Positions 29,378 to 40,168 of a stretch of 64,000 nucleotides of DNA are shown here, piece by piece. Source of the stretch: an uncultured Elusimicrobia bacterium (lineage in GTDB: Bacteria > Elusimicrobiota > Elusimicrobia > 2-01-FULL-59-12); the NCBI GenBank assembly GCA_963702895.1, contig OY969767.1, positions 160,001 through 224,000 of the forward strand, read 5' to 3'. The notes under the pieces were generated by a model. That model ran no database searches, was not told where the DNA came from, and saw only the letters and a list, made by a program, of their open reading frames with translations. Numbering within the stretch: the stretch's first letter is position 1; every line of letters starts with the position of its first letter. Made by a program: the position numbers and the translations under genes.

Positions 29378-30361
29378 ATGACTGAGCTTTTTGATCTGAC
29401 GATTATCGGTGGTGGTCCTGCCGGCCTCTACGCTTCCTTCTACGCCGGTTTCCGTTCACTGAAGGTGAAGATCATTGATAGCCTTGAGGAACTGGGTGGG
29501 CAGGTGAATGCGCTCTATCCCGAAAAGAACATTTACGACGTCGCCGGTTTCCCTCATGTCTCTGGCAAAAATCTCGTTAAGGGATTGCTGGAGCAGGCCC
29601 TGAAATATCACCCTACTGTTTGCCTCGGCGAGAAGGTGGAAATGATGAGGGCCTTGGCGGATAAATCCTATGAACTCAAGACACAGAAACAATCTCACCT
29701 CAGCAGAGCCGTCCTCATTACGGTGGGCGTGGGCGCTTTTAAGCCCAAGCGAATCCCGGCGCTGGGGGCTGAACAGTTTGAAGGCAAAGGACTTTCCTAT
29801 TTTGTCCCAGACCCCATCAGATATGAGAAGAAGCGGGTCGTGATCGTGGGGGGCGGTGATTCGGCGGTCGATTGGGCCCTTCACCTGTACCCCCAAGCGA
29901 CCTCCGTTCACCTTGTGCACCGCCGGGACGGGTTTCGGGCCCACGAGGAAAGCGTAAAACAGCTGAAAGCTTCACCCGTGACGCTCAAACTCTTTTTCGA
30001 GGTGAAAGAGGTGCGCGGCAGGGGCCATGTGGAATCCGTTGTCCTCGTCAACAACCAGACACAGGCCGAAGAAATCATCCCAGCGGACGAGGTGCTGGGG
30101 TGTCTCGGATTTGATGCCAGCGTCGGTCCGCTCACCCAGTGGGGCCTGAAGCTTCAAGGCAATGATATTCCGGTGACCACACGTATGGAGACCAATCTTC
30201 CGGGCGTTTATGCGGCCGGGGATGTGACGCATTATGCTGGCAAGGTCAAGCTGATCGCCTGCGGGTTTGGCGAGGCCGCTACCGCAGTCAATAATGCTGT
30301 CGCCTATCTGAATCCCGGTGCCAAAGTATTCCCAGGGCACTCCACGAGTCAAACGAAGTAA
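29378..30361 (+). CDS. Ferredoxin-NADP(+) reductase (TrxB-like, YumC type)
   Basis: GGGPAG, LYPEKNIYDVAGF, GGGDSAVD, C-terminal HSTS; no CxxC. Confidence 0.9.
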   Translation: MTELFDLTIIGGGPAGLYASFYAGFRSLKVKIIDSLEELGGQVNALYPEKNIYDVAGFPHVSGKNLVKGLLEQALKYHPTVCLGEKVEMMRALADKSYELKTQKQSHLSRAVLITVGVGAFKPKRIPALGAEQFEGKGLSYFVPDPIRYEKKRVVIVGGGDSAVDWALHLYPQATSVHLVHRRDGFRAHEESVKQLKASPVTLKLFFEVKEVRGRGHVESVVLVNNQTQAEEIIPADEVLGCLGFDASVGPLTQWGLKLQGNDIPVTTRMETNLPGVYAAGDVTHYAGKVKLIACGFGEAATAVNNAVAYLNPGAKVFPGHSTSQTK

Positions 30362-30362
30362 T

Positions 30363-31331
30363 TTGATCTATCCAGACCTTCTTATGCCGATCCTGCGGGG
30401 TAAGGTCCCCGCGGGATCGAGGTTGCTCGTCGCGGTATCAGGCGGGCCGGATTCGGTCGCCCTTCTGCATTTGCTCAAGCAGCTGCCTTATCCCCTGGTG
30501 ATCGGTCATGTCGATCACGGTCTGCGCCAAAGCTCGACTCGCGATGCCCAATTCGTGAAAAGGCTCGCTGCGCTATGGGAGATCCCATGCCGCGTCCGGC
30601 GGGTGGGCACTCGGTCTTACGCTCGGCAGAACAAGCGAGGGATCGAAGAGGCGGGGCGAGAGCTGCGTTATAAGGCGCTTGCCGCGATGGCCCGGCGTTT
30701 CAGGTGCCAGGCCATCGTGACCGGCCACACAGCGGACGACCAGGCGGAGACCGTGCTCATGAATTTCCTGCGCGGCTCTGGCGGCACCGGACTCTCCGGC
30801 ATCCCTGAAGCAAGGCCCCTCAACTCACGGGGGCGCTTGCTCCTTTTGAGACCGCTCCTGGGTTTCGGGAGGAGAGACATCCTTTCCTACTTAAGCTTGC
30901 ATGCTCTTGACTACCGAAAGGACCCGTCGAATGAGCTCAGGGTGTACGCACGGAACCGGATCCGACATGATGTGTTACCTTGGTTAGACCAGCTCTATCC
31001 AGGCTTGCCAGGGCGGCTCGGTCAAATGGCGGACCTCTTCCGGCAAGAGGAGGATTTTTGGCAAGCACAAGTCGATCGCGTTTTAAGAAAAACGGCGCGT
31101 CAGAACGGCCCAGAATGGACGGTTGTCTTACCTCGGCTTTTTGGTTATCATAAGGCCCTCGTTCGACGGATTTTGCGCCATCTGATGCCGGGGTCGTCTT
31201 TCCTGGATATGGAGCAGGTGTTGCGTATGGCGCAATCCAAAAATGCGACAGGCAAGCTTGAGCTTTCCAGTGCCTGGCGCGTATTTCGTTCGAAGGACAA
31301 ACTGGTCGTGCGGCATAAGAGGAATGGATGA
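30363..31331 (+). CDS. tilS: tRNA(Ile)-lysidine synthetase
   Basis: SGGPDS, HTADDQAET, RPLL, RNRIRH; start uncertain (TTG 30363 or ATG 30384). Confidence 0.93.
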   Translation: MIYPDLLMPILRGKVPAGSRLLVAVSGGPDSVALLHLLKQLPYPLVIGHVDHGLRQSSTRDAQFVKRLAALWEIPCRVRRVGTRSYARQNKRGIEEAGRELRYKALAAMARRFRCQAIVTGHTADDQAETVLMNFLRGSGGTGLSGIPEARPLNSRGRLLLLRPLLGFGRRDILSYLSLHALDYRKDPSNELRVYARNRIRHDVLPWLDQLYPGLPGRLGQMADLFRQEEDFWQAQVDRVLRKTARQNGPEWTVVLPRLFGYHKALVRRILRHLMPGSSFLDMEQVLRMAQSKNATGKLELSSAWRVFRSKDKLVVRHKRNG

Positions 31332-33145
31332 ATAATAAAAATTGGCGTGGTTTTGTCGTCTGGCTCCTTCTTTTTGGCGGGCTCTTTATGCTTTTTCAGA
31401 CCACGCGCCAGACGAATGTCGATAAGGAGATCGGCTACTCCGAATTTAAGCGCCGACTTTACGACGGTCAGGTTACGAAAGTCGTCGTGCGGCAAGACAT
31501 GATCCGTGGGCGCTCCCGTACTGCCGAAGGCAAGGAAGAGCATTTCCGCACCGTTCCCCTGAACGACCCCAGGCTGGTCGAGGAGATGCAGGCTTTTAAG
31601 GGCCTCGACTATCGGGCGGAGTCCGACCGAAGCTGGTTTGGCGCTGTGATCATGAATTTCGGGCCCGCGCTCGTCTTTCTCTTCTTCTGGTTCCTCATGA
31701 TTCGGCAAATGCAAGGCGGCGGCAAGCAGGCGATGGCCTTCGGCCGCAGCAAAGCCAAACTTCAATCCACCAAGAAGAGCAAGATCACCTTTGCGGATGT
31801 CGCCGGCTGCGATGAGGCCAAGGAAGAGCTCCGTGAGATCATCGAATTTCTGAAAGATCCCGCGAAGTTCCAAAAGTTGGGCGGCAAAATCCCGAAGGGT
31901 GTTCTCCTGTATGGCGCGCCGGGAACGGGCAAGACTTTGCTTGCGAAGGCTGTTGCCGGAGAGGCGGGCGTGCCCTTCTTCTCTTCTTCAGGAAGCGAAT
32001 TTGTCGAAATGTTTGTGGGGGTGGGCGCCAGCCGTGTCCGGGACCTGTTCGATCAGGGCCGCAAAAGCGCTCCCTGCCTGCTCTTTGTCGATGAGATCGA
32101 CGCGGTCGGGCGGCACCGCTTTGCCGGTATCGGCGGCGGCCATGATGAGCGAGAGCAGACCCTGAACCAGCTCCTGGTGGAGATGGATGGTTTTGACACC
32201 AAGGAGGGCGTGATCCTCATCGCGGCGACCAACCGCCCGGATGTTTTGGATCCGGCGCTCCTTCGACCGGGACGCTTCGACCGCCATGTTACGGTGCCTT
32301 CCCCTGACTTGCGCGGCCGCGAGGAGATCCTGCGTGTGCACGCGAAGCAGATCAAGATTGGCCCAGAGGTTGATTTTAAGGTCATCGCGCGTCGCACGCC
32401 GGGCTTTGTCGGGGCGGACCTCGCCAACCTGGTCAATGAAGCGGCGCTTCTGGCCGCACGTCGCGATAAAGCCTATGTCGAACTGCCGGAGCTCGAGGAA
32501 GCCATTGAGCGCGTGATCGCGGGCCCTGAACGGAAAACGCGCATGATCACAGAGCGTGAGAAAAAGATCGTGGCCTATCATGAATCCGGCCATGCCCTTG
32601 TTGCGAAGCTCACGCCGGGGACCGATCCCGTGCATAAAATCTCCATTATCCCGCGCGGCCCGGCCCTCGGCTACACACTGCAGCTTCCTACGGAAGATCG
32701 CTACCTGACCAGTCGTACGGAACTCAAAAACCGCCTCTACGTCCTTCTCGGAGGCCGCGCGGCCGAAGAACTCATCTTTAAGGAAATCACCACAGGCGCT
32801 TGTGACGATTTGACCAAATCAACGGATATTGCCCAGAAGATGGTTTGTGAGTTTGGGATGTCGGATAAGCTTGGCCCGATCACCTTCCGCAAAAAGGAAG
32901 AGGAAATCTTTTTAGGGCGTGACATTGGGCGTGAACGTACGCATTCGAACGAGACGGCCCAGATGATTGACGCCGAAGTCAAGCAGTTGATCGCCGATGC
33001 CATGTCCTACGTCCGCAAAGTGCTCGCGGAAAACCGTTCCAAGCTGGACAAGCTGGCGGAACGACTCATGGAAAAGGAGATTCTCGACAGTGAGGAAGTG
33101 GATGCCCTTATCCGTGAAGGCGGCGGAGCCGTCGCGAGCGCCTGA
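31328..33145 (+). CDS. ftsH: ATP-dependent zinc metalloprotease FtsH
   Basis: [32 protein letters not shown]. Confidence 0.98.
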   Translation: MNNKNWRGFVVWLLLFGGLFMLFQTTRQTNVDKEIGYSEFKRRLYDGQVTKVVVRQDMIRGRSRTAEGKEEHFRTVPLNDPRLVEEMQAFKGLDYRAESDRSWFGAVIMNFGPALVFLFFWFLMIRQMQGGGKQAMAFGRSKAKLQSTKKSKITFADVAGCDEAKEELREIIEFLKDPAKFQKLGGKIPKGVLLYGAPGTGKTLLAKAVAGEAGVPFFSSSGSEFVEMFVGVGASRVRDLFDQGRKSAPCLLFVDEIDAVGRHRFAGIGGGHDEREQTLNQLLVEMDGFDTKEGVILIAATNRPDVLDPALLRPGRFDRHVTVPSPDLRGREEILRVHAKQIKIGPEVDFKVIARRTPGFVGADLANLVNEAALLAARRDKAYVELPELEEAIERVIAGPERKTRMITEREKKIVAYHESGHALVAKLTPGTDPVHKISIIPRGPALGYTLQLPTEDRYLTSRTELKNRLYVLLGGRAAEELIFKEITTGACDDLTKSTDIAQKMVCEFGMSDKLGPITFRKKEEEIFLGRDIGRERTHSNETAQMIDAEVKQLIADAMSYVRKVLAENRSKLDKLAERLMEKEILDSEEVDALIREGGGAVASA

Positions 33146-33980
33146 GGCCTCTCTTCTCTTTCACGCCAGGCGCGCCTGGATCATGGGGGTGGTCAACGTC
33201 ACTCCGGACTCCTTCTATTCCACCTCCCGGACACTCGAGCTCAACGCAGCTGTTCGGCACGCTGGACAAATGATCACCCAGGGCGCTGACGTGATTGATA
33301 TCGGCGGGGAGTCCACGCGCCCGGGCGCTGCCGAAGTACCCCTCGAAGAAGAGCGCTCACGTGTGCTGCCTCTGGTGAGGGCCTTGCGGGCCCGGTGGCC
33401 GGGGATGCTGATTTCGATCGATACTCAAAAGGCGGCGCTCGCCAAGGCCTGTCTTGAGATGGGGGCCTCGCTCATCAATGATATTTCCGCCCTGCGCCAT
33501 GATCCCGCGATGGCGGACGTGATTGCCGAAGCCGGACGCCCCGTGGTCCTCATGCATATGCAGGGAACGCCGCAGACCATGCAGATCCGCCCTCGCTACA
33601 GAAACATTGTGGATGAGGTGAAGCGATTTTTCGAAGAACGTTTAACCTTCGCTCAGCGTCACCATATACGGGAGAACAACATTATTCTTGATCCGGGGAT
33701 TGGCTTCGGAAAGACAGTGGACCACAACATGAGCCTGCTCAGGAGGCTTGCCGACTTGGTGAGCCTGGGTCGACCGGTTCTCGTCGGTGTTTCACGGAAA
33801 TCTTTTTTGGGGAAACTGTTGGGGAGCATGGACTCGCCTCTACCGGTCGAAGAGCGCCTGGAGGGGTCGCTCGCTGCGGGTCTTTGGGCCGTGAAGGAAG
33901 GGGCCCGCGGTCTTCGCGTCCACGATGTCCATGAGACACGCATGGCCTTGCGCTTCTGGGAAGGACTGAGCGCGACATGA
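33102..33980 (+). CDS. folP: Dihydropteroate synthase
   Basis: MGVVNVTPDSF, GGESTRPGA, DPGIGFGK, SRKSF, RVHDV. Confidence 0.95.
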   Translation: MPLSVKAAEPSRAPEASLLFHARRAWIMGVVNVTPDSFYSTSRTLELNAAVRHAGQMITQGADVIDIGGESTRPGAAEVPLEEERSRVLPLVRALRARWPGMLISIDTQKAALAKACLEMGASLINDISALRHDPAMADVIAEAGRPVVLMHMQGTPQTMQIRPRYRNIVDEVKRFFEERLTFAQRHHIRENNIILDPGIGFGKTVDHNMSLLRRLADLVSLGRPVLVGVSRKSFLGKLLGSMDSPLPVEERLEGSLAAGLWAVKEGARGLRVHDVHETRMALRFWEGLSAT

Positions 33981-34780
33981 TGCTTCAGACATGGAACTTG
34001 TTTATCCTGCCGGCGATCGACATCCTCTTGATCGCTTTCGTCTTTTATCACATCTTGCTGCTGATCAAGGGAACGCATTCCGTCCAGGTCGTGATGGGAT
34101 TGGCCGTCCTCATGGCCATGACGCTCATCATCCGACATTTCTTGCGCCTGCCAGCGGCCACCTGGCTTCTGGAGAATTTCTGGTCTGGCGCTTCCGGCGC
34201 CGTTGTTTTATTAGCCGTTGTCTTCCAGCCGGAATTGCGAATGGCCTTGGCCCATCTGGGGAGTCGGCCGCTGGGCCGGATCATCATCCCAGGGCGCCTC
34301 TCCTTTGTCGACGAGATCGTGTCCACCCTCCAGGAAACGATGCAAAAACAGATGGGGCTGCTCCTCGTCCTTGAGCAGGACGTCGGCCTTCGTAATTACG
34401 CGGAAACCGGCACCCTCATCAACGGCGACATCTCCAAAGAGCTGCTTCTCTCCATTTTTCATTATCGTTCACCCCTGCATGATGGGGCCGCCATCGTCCA
34501 GAACGATCGGCTGCTTGCGGCCGGGTGTCTTTTGCCGCTGTCGAATGATCCCAATTTGGCCAAGATCCTGGGCACCCGCCACCGCGCGGCGGTGGGCCTC
34601 TCGGAATTCACAGACGCCTGGGTCCTCGTCGTTTCAGAAGAAACAGGGATCCTCTCCCTGGCGCATGACGGGAGGCTGGAGCGCGAACTCGCCATTGAGG
34701 ATTTACGCCAGCGTCTTTTGACTCTTTATGAGAACCGCATCGAAAAGAGCCGGAATCTTTGGAGCAAGTCCCGTGCATAA
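33977..34780 (+). CDS. cdaA: Diadenylate cyclase CdaA
   Basis: Three TMs, FQPELR, LHDGA, GTRHRAA, VSEETG. Confidence 0.95.
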   Translation: MMLQTWNLFILPAIDILLIAFVFYHILLLIKGTHSVQVVMGLAVLMAMTLIIRHFLRLPAATWLLENFWSGASGAVVLLAVVFQPELRMALAHLGSRPLGRIIIPGRLSFVDEIVSTLQETMQKQMGLLLVLEQDVGLRNYAETGTLINGDISKELLLSIFHYRSPLHDGAAIVQNDRLLAAGCLLPLSNDPNLAKILGTRHRAAVGLSEFTDAWVLVVSEETGILSLAHDGRLERELAIEDLRQRLLTLYENRIEKSRNLWSKSRA

Positions 34781-34970
34781 CTGGAAAGCGAATTGGGAGC
34801 TCAAGGTCCTGGCGATGGCGATGGCGCTGTTGGTTTGGATTTTTGTGAAGTTGAGGGTTGTCGAGGGCCCCCCTCCTGAGCGCGATCCAAGCCGCGGCGG
34901 CCGCCCCCCCGCCGCCTCGGCCACAGGCCAGCTTCCGGGCGCAGCCTCCACGCAGGAGCCTCGTCCTTGA
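34773..34970 (+). CDS. Minimal CdaR/YbbR-like peptide (TM helix only)
   Basis: NWELKVLAMAMALLVWIFV matches the CdaR N-terminal helix; lies between cdaA and glmM overlapping both. Confidence 0.65.
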   Translation: MHNWKANWELKVLAMAMALLVWIFVKLRVVEGPPPERDPSRGGRPPAASATGQLPGAASTQEPRP

Positions 34971-36427
34971 GCACCGCGCCGGCCCTTTTTGGCACGGACG
35001 GCATTCGCGGCATCGCGGGAGACCCTCCACTCGAGAAATCCTTCCTTCGCAAGCTGGGTGTTGCAGCAGGGAGCATCTACTTGCAGGAAGTGCGTGACCG
35101 GAAACCGGTCTTTCTCATGGGGCGAGACACGCGCTCTTCCGGCCGCTGGATCGCACAGGCTTTTGCGGAAGGCGTCGCGTTTACGGGCGTTCGGGTGGTG
35201 GACGCGGGTGTCGTCTCCACGCCATCGCTCGCCTACCTGGTTCCCAAAAAGCAGATGATCGGCGGCGCCATGATTTCGGCGTCGCACAATCCCGCGGAAT
35301 TCAACGGCATCAAGCTTTTCGGTCCCCTGGGGCGGAAATGCCCTGACGCTTGGGAGCGCCTCATCGAACAAAAAACCTCCCAAATCCTCGACCCGAGGCG
35401 CGGCAGACACCGCCTGCCGAAAAACGCCGGGATCATTCGGGAATACCTGGAATTCCTGAAGCGCACTCTGCCCAGTCGGTCCTCTCTCAAAGGGATGAAG
35501 CTCGTCGTGGATTGTTCCCATGGCTCGCTCTCCGGCATCGCGCCGGCCTTTTTGAGAAGTCTTGGCATTCAGGTTTTTGCGATTGGCTCTTCTCCCAACG
35601 GGCTCAACATCAACAAGGGCTGGGGATCCCAGCACCCTGAGAAGATGCAGGCGGAAGTGCGCCGGCGTAAAGCCCATGGCGGCATGGCCTTTGACGGGGA
35701 CGCGGACCGCCTCATCCTTTGCGATGAGCAGGGGGAGATTTTGGACGGGGACTACATCCTGGCTTGCGCGGCACGCTGTCTCAAGGAAGAAAACAGGCTC
35801 GCGGGCAATATGGTGGTGGTGACCGTCATGGCGAATCTCGGCCTTATGAAAGCTTTACGCTCCTGGCAGGTGGAGACGCTCGTGACGCCCGTGGGTGACC
35901 GCTATGTGTCGGATAAGCTGGAAGAATGCGGAGGTGTGGTGGGAGGCGAGCAGTCCGGTCACATCATCTTCCATGATCTCTTGCCAACAGGCGATGGTCT
36001 TTTGACGGGCCTGCAAATGATCGCCATGCTTCGGCAACGTCAGAAGCCTTTGTCATGGATCAGGACGCTCATGAAGAAATTTCCTCAGGTGCTCGTCAAT
36101 GTGCACGTTCAAAAGAAAACACCGATCGATCAATGTCCCACCCTGGTGTCGGAAATTGAGCGCGCTCGCCGTGTCTTGGGAGACGACGGACGAGTTCTGG
36201 TGCGCTACTCCGGGACAGAGCCTCTCTTGCGCGTGATGATGGAAGGTCCGGACGAAAGGCAACTCAAAGAATTAGCCGATCGTATGGTCGAAGAAGCCCG
36301 GCGCGTTTTAGGCGCTGAGCCCCTTCCTTCTGATCGCGCGTTAGGAGAAAGCAGGGATGAAGCTCAGCTTACTCCCGCGCCCCACCCCTCTTCCAGCTCT
36401 GGCGGGAGAGGGGGGCCGCCGAGGTGA
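34967..36427 (+). CDS. glmM: Phosphoglucosamine mutase (repeat-derived C-terminal tail)
   Basis: FGTDGIRG, SASHNP, DGDADR, GGEQSGH, RYSGTEP. Confidence 0.96.
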   Translation: MSTAPALFGTDGIRGIAGDPPLEKSFLRKLGVAAGSIYLQEVRDRKPVFLMGRDTRSSGRWIAQAFAEGVAFTGVRVVDAGVVSTPSLAYLVPKKQMIGGAMISASHNPAEFNGIKLFGPLGRKCPDAWERLIEQKTSQILDPRRGRHRLPKNAGIIREYLEFLKRTLPSRSSLKGMKLVVDCSHGSLSGIAPAFLRSLGIQVFAIGSSPNGLNINKGWGSQHPEKMQAEVRRRKAHGGMAFDGDADRLILCDEQGEILDGDYILACAARCLKEENRLAGNMVVVTVMANLGLMKALRSWQVETLVTPVGDRYVSDKLEECGGVVGGEQSGHIIFHDLLPTGDGLLTGLQMIAMLRQRQKPLSWIRTLMKKFPQVLVNVHVQKKTPIDQCPTLVSEIERARRVLGDDGRVLVRYSGTEPLLRVMMEGPDERQLKELADRMVEEARRVLGAEPLPSDRALGESRDEAQLTPAPHPSSSSGGRGGPPR

Positions 36428-37149
36428 TGGTCAAACTCGGCGTGAATATCGATCATGTGGCGACGCTGCGCCAGCAGCGAAAAGAAGGGGTCCCCCGCCC
36501 GGCTGATGCGGCTCTGGTCGCGCAGGAGCATGGCGCAGACAGCATTGTCGCACATCTGCGTGAAGACCGAAGGCATATCCAGGATGAGGATCTCGATCTT
36601 TTAAAGAAGGCTCTGAGCATTCCGCTGGCGATGGAAATGGCCGTGACCGACGAGATGGAACGTATCGCTCTTGAGGTGCGGCCTGCACGGGTGTGTCTGG
36701 TTCCTGAGAAGCGTCAGGAGCTCACCACGGAAGGCGGGCTGGATGTGATGGGCAGCGCGCACAGGCTCAAACAGATGATTCCTAAACTCGTGGCCCAAAA
36801 CATTGAAATTAGTCTCTTTGTCGATCCTGATCTGGAACAGATCCAATGCGCCCAATCCTTAGGAGTCCAAACCCTCGAACTCCATACGGGCCGCTACGCG
36901 GTTTCAAAGGGTGCGGACCAAACGCGAGAGCTCCAGAGGCTTTCGCGAGCCTCAGAGCTTGCTCTGAAGCTTAAGTTTCACCTCCACGCCGGTCACGGTC
37001 TGGATTACCGGAATGTGTCAGCGGTCGCTCGGATCTGGGGAATGGAAGAGCTGAATATCGGCTTTGCCATTATGACGCGTGCTGTCTTTGAGGGATTGGG
37101 AAGTGCGGTACGTCAAATGAAGGAGCTCATCGTATGTGCGGCATCGTAG
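36427..37149 (+). CDS. pdxJ: Pyridoxine 5'-phosphate synthase
   Basis: LGVNIDHVATLR, HLREDRRHI, TTEGG, HAGHGL. Confidence 0.96.
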   Translation: MVKLGVNIDHVATLRQQRKEGVPRPADAALVAQEHGADSIVAHLREDRRHIQDEDLDLLKKALSIPLAMEMAVTDEMERIALEVRPARVCLVPEKRQELTTEGGLDVMGSAHRLKQMIPKLVAQNIEISLFVDPDLEQIQCAQSLGVQTLELHTGRYAVSKGADQTRELQRLSRASELALKLKFHLHAGHGLDYRNVSAVARIWGMEELNIGFAIMTRAVFEGLGSAVRQMKELIVCAAS

Positions 37150-38963
37150 GCTACATTGGACCCAAGTCAGCCTCAGAAATTCTACTGAACGGACTCAGGC
37201 GCCTGGAATACCGTGGTTACGATTCGGCGGGAGTTGCTGTCCTGAATGAAGGCGTGATTCAGCTCAGGCGCAGCCCCGGGAAACTCACTGTTCTTGAAGA
37301 TCTCCTGAAGAAGCAGCCCCTTCCAGGGACCCTCGGACTTGGCCACACGCGCTGGGCGACGCATGGGTGTCCTTCTGAAGAAAACGCTCACCCCCACACG
37401 GACTGCAAGGGCGAGATCGTCGTGGTCCATAACGGGATCATCGAGAATTATGTGGAGCTCAAGAAGGAACTCCAGACCCAAGGGCACACCTTCAAATCCC
37501 AGACCGATACCGAAGTTCTCGCGCATCTGGTGGAAGAGGCCTATGATGGCAAGGATTTGGCTGGCGCTCTTCGCTCCACGCTCAAAAGGGTGAGGGGTTC
37601 CTATGCTGTTGGGGTCCTGTCCTGCAAGGAGCCTTCCCGGTTTGTGGCGGCCCGCAAGGATTCGCCGCTCGTGCTGGGATTGGGTGATGACGAGATGTTT
37701 GTTGCTTCGGACGTGCCCGCGATTCTGCAGCACACGCGCAAGGTCATTTTCTTGGAAGATGGGGATGTTGCGGAGCTCTCCCAAAAAGATGTGAAGATCA
37801 CGGACTTGGAGGGTCACCCGGTTCAGCGCTATACCCAGACGATCATCTGGGATTCCGTGATGGCGGAAAAAGGCGGCTACAAGCACTTCATGCTCAAGGA
37901 AATCTATGAACAGGTGGTCACCGTCAGAGACACGTTCCGCAGCCGGGTCAAGCAGGAAGAAGGCCGGGTTGTTCTGGAAAACGTGCTCCCGCCCGAGGTC
38001 GCTCAAAATCTTCCCAAGATTTGTCTGGTCGGTTGCGGCACGTCCCATCATGCGGCGCTCGTCGCCAGGTTCTGGTTTGAAGAACTGGCGGGAGTGCTCT
38101 GCGATGTCGAGATCGCGAGCGAATTCCGGTATCGCCGTTCCTCCAAAGAACCAGGAACGCTCATTGTCGCGATTACACAATCGGGCGAAACTGCCGATAC
38201 CCTGGCCGCCATGCGCGATTCAAAATCTAAAGGACTCTCGACGCTCGCGCTCTGCAACGCGGTAGGATCCACGGCAACGCGTGAAGCGGACTATACGCTG
38301 ATGACGCACTGCGGTCCGGAAATTGGCGTGGCTTCGACGAAGGCCTTTACCGGACAGCTCACCGCGCTCTTTCTCCTGGCGCTCTATGTCGGTCAATGCA
38401 AAGGGACGCAGTCGAGGGAATTGCGGCACACGCTCCTGGAGGGCTTGACGCACTTGCCTCTGGCTATCAGCGAGGCGCTGGATCATGCTGGGAAAGTCGA
38501 ACAGGTCGCCAAGAAGCTTTTCCGCAAAAACAACTTTCTCTATCTCGGGCGCCATTTGAACTATCCGATTGCGCTGGAGGGAGCACTTAAACTGAAAGAG
38601 ATTTCTTACATCCATGCCGAAGGCTATCCCGCGGGGGAAATGAAGCACGGGCCTATTGCCCTCATCGATGAGAACCTTCCCGTCGTGGCGATCGCGACGG
38701 AGTCCTCGGTGCGCGACAAGATGCTCTCCAACATGCAGGAAGTGAAAGCGCGCGGCGGGATTGTCATCGCGCTCGCGCACGACCAGGACGCCGACGCGAC
38801 CCGGCAGGCCGACTATATTTTATCTGTCCCTCCCGTCCACGAGGCCCTGGCTCCGATCATCACGATCATCCCGCTTCAGCTTTTGGCCTACTATATTGCT
38901 GTCCTCCGTGGCTGTGACGTCGATCAGCCTCGCAACCTCGCAAAATCTGTCACGGTCGAATAG
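37134..38963 (+). CDS. glmS: Glutamine-fructose-6-phosphate transaminase
   Basis: MCGIVG, GHTRWATHG, SQ/TQSGETAD, PRNLAKSVTVE. Confidence 0.98.
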   Translation: MCGIVGYIGPKSASEILLNGLRRLEYRGYDSAGVAVLNEGVIQLRRSPGKLTVLEDLLKKQPLPGTLGLGHTRWATHGCPSEENAHPHTDCKGEIVVVHNGIIENYVELKKELQTQGHTFKSQTDTEVLAHLVEEAYDGKDLAGALRSTLKRVRGSYAVGVLSCKEPSRFVAARKDSPLVLGLGDDEMFVASDVPAILQHTRKVIFLEDGDVAELSQKDVKITDLEGHPVQRYTQTIIWDSVMAEKGGYKHFMLKEIYEQVVTVRDTFRSRVKQEEGRVVLENVLPPEVAQNLPKICLVGCGTSHHAALVARFWFEELAGVLCDVEIASEFRYRRSSKEPGTLIVAITQSGETADTLAAMRDSKSKGLSTLALCNAVGSTATREADYTLMTHCGPEIGVASTKAFTGQLTALFLLALYVGQCKGTQSRELRHTLLEGLTHLPLAISEALDHAGKVEQVAKKLFRKNNFLYLGRHLNYPIALEGALKLKEISYIHAEGYPAGEMKHGPIALIDENLPVVAIATESSVRDKMLSNMQEVKARGGIVIALAHDQDADATRQADYILSVPPVHEALAPIITIIPLQLLAYYIAVLRGCDVDQPRNLAKSVTVE

Positions 38964-38969
38964 GGTCCC

Positions 38970-39308
38970 ATGGAAGTTGGAATCGACATCGTTGAGATTC
39001 ATCGTATCGCAAGGCAAATCCATAACAGCCGATTTTTGAGGCGCATCTTCACGTCTCAAGAAGTCCGCTACTGCCGTTCCCGCAAAAACGCCGCGCAGCA
39101 TTTTGCTGTGCGCTTTGCGGCCAAGGAGGCCGTGTGGAAGGCGGTGGGGGAGGCCAGCCTCCTGCATCGTGATATTCAGATCCACAACCGGGCCGATGGC
39201 AAGCCCGAAGTCACTTTTCCCAAGCGTTTCGCGAAGCTCGCGCGGCGGGTCTCCATTTCTCTATCCCACGGCCGCGACTATGCTGTGGCGATGGCTCTTT
39301 TTCGATGA
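38970..39308 (+). CDS. acpS: Holo-ACP synthase
   Basis: GIDIVE, RFAAKEA, SLSH. Confidence 0.94.
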   Translation: MEVGIDIVEIHRIARQIHNSRFLRRIFTSQEVRYCRSRKNAAQHFAVRFAAKEAVWKAVGEASLLHRDIQIHNRADGKPEVTFPKRFAKLARRVSISLSHGRDYAVAMALFR

Positions 39309-40168
39309 AGGCCAGGCTTTTAAGCGCTCTTGCAGTTCGCAGAATGGTCCCCCGGCGTCCTGATTCATCCCATAAAGGCAAGAATGGCCATCTTTTGATC
39401 ATTGCCGGCAGCCGTGGCATGACGGGTGCGGCCTTCCTCTGCGCCTTGGGGGCGCTCAAAGCTGGCGCAGGCTTGGTGACGGTCGGTTGTGGGGAAAGTG
39501 TTCGAAAGCTTATCGCGGCACGTCTGCCGGAAGCCATGACGCTCCCTTTACCGGAACGCAAGCTGGGTCATCTTTCTGCCTCCGCCTCTCGAATCATTGA
39601 GGACTATGTTCGCCGGCGAACAATCACAGTCTTGGCTGTTGGTCCGGGCTTATCTGTCCACTCCTCGGTTGGCCGATTGCTCAGGTCGCTCCTCCGTTTG
39701 CCATTACCGTTCGTCTTAGATGCGGACGGACTTAATAATCTCAGAATCTCTGATATACAAGGGAAATCGCTTGTGATCACGCCGCATCCCGGCGAAATGG
39801 CGCGGCTCTTGGGAGTCACCCTGAAGGTCATTGGAATGGACCGCTCGGCGAGCGCTCAACATCTGGCATGCCGCGCCGCGATCACGTGTGTTCTGAAGGG
39901 GCATCGGACGGTCATTACGGACGGGCAGCGTCTATCGGTCAACCCGACCGGCAATCCAGCGATGGCGACAGGAGGGATGGGAGATGTCCTGACGGGCGTG
40001 ATCGGCGCCTTCATCGCCCAGGGTATTCCTCTCTACGAGGCCGCCTGCGCGGGCGTCTACCTTCATGGTCTTGCTGGCGATCTGGCGAAAACATCGGACC
40101 GCGGCCTTCTCGCCTCGGAGTTGGCCATGACGATAACTCGGGCGCTCGCCAGGTTGGGGATCCGATGA
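39305..40168 (+). CDS. nnrD: ADP-dependent NAD(P)H-hydrate dehydratase
   Basis: SHKG, GPGL, DADG, TPHPGE, GGMGDVLTG. Confidence 0.92.
   Translation: MKARLLSALAVRRMVPRRPDSSHKGKNGHLLIIAGSRGMTGAAFLCALGALKAGAGLVTVGCGESVRKLIAARLPEAMTLPLPERKLGHLSASASRIIEDYVRRRTITVLAVGPGLSVHSSVGRLLRSLLRLPLPFVLDADGLNNLRISDIQGKSLVITPHPGEMARLLGVTLKVIGMDRSASAQHLACRAAITCVLKGHRTVITDGQRLSVNPTGNPAMATGGMGDVLTGVIGAFIAQGIPLYEAACAGVYLHGLAGDLAKTSDRGLLASELAMTITRALARLGIR

Noticed and set aside
37080..37134. glmS ribozyme
   Set aside because: glmS overlaps pdxJ; there is no leader to hold it
39868..40164. Long N-terminal extensions of thiL (likewise folP, tsaE, ispE, CBS, GIY-YIG)
   Set aside because: They overlap upstream genes or repeats; downstream starts match family N-termini and coupling
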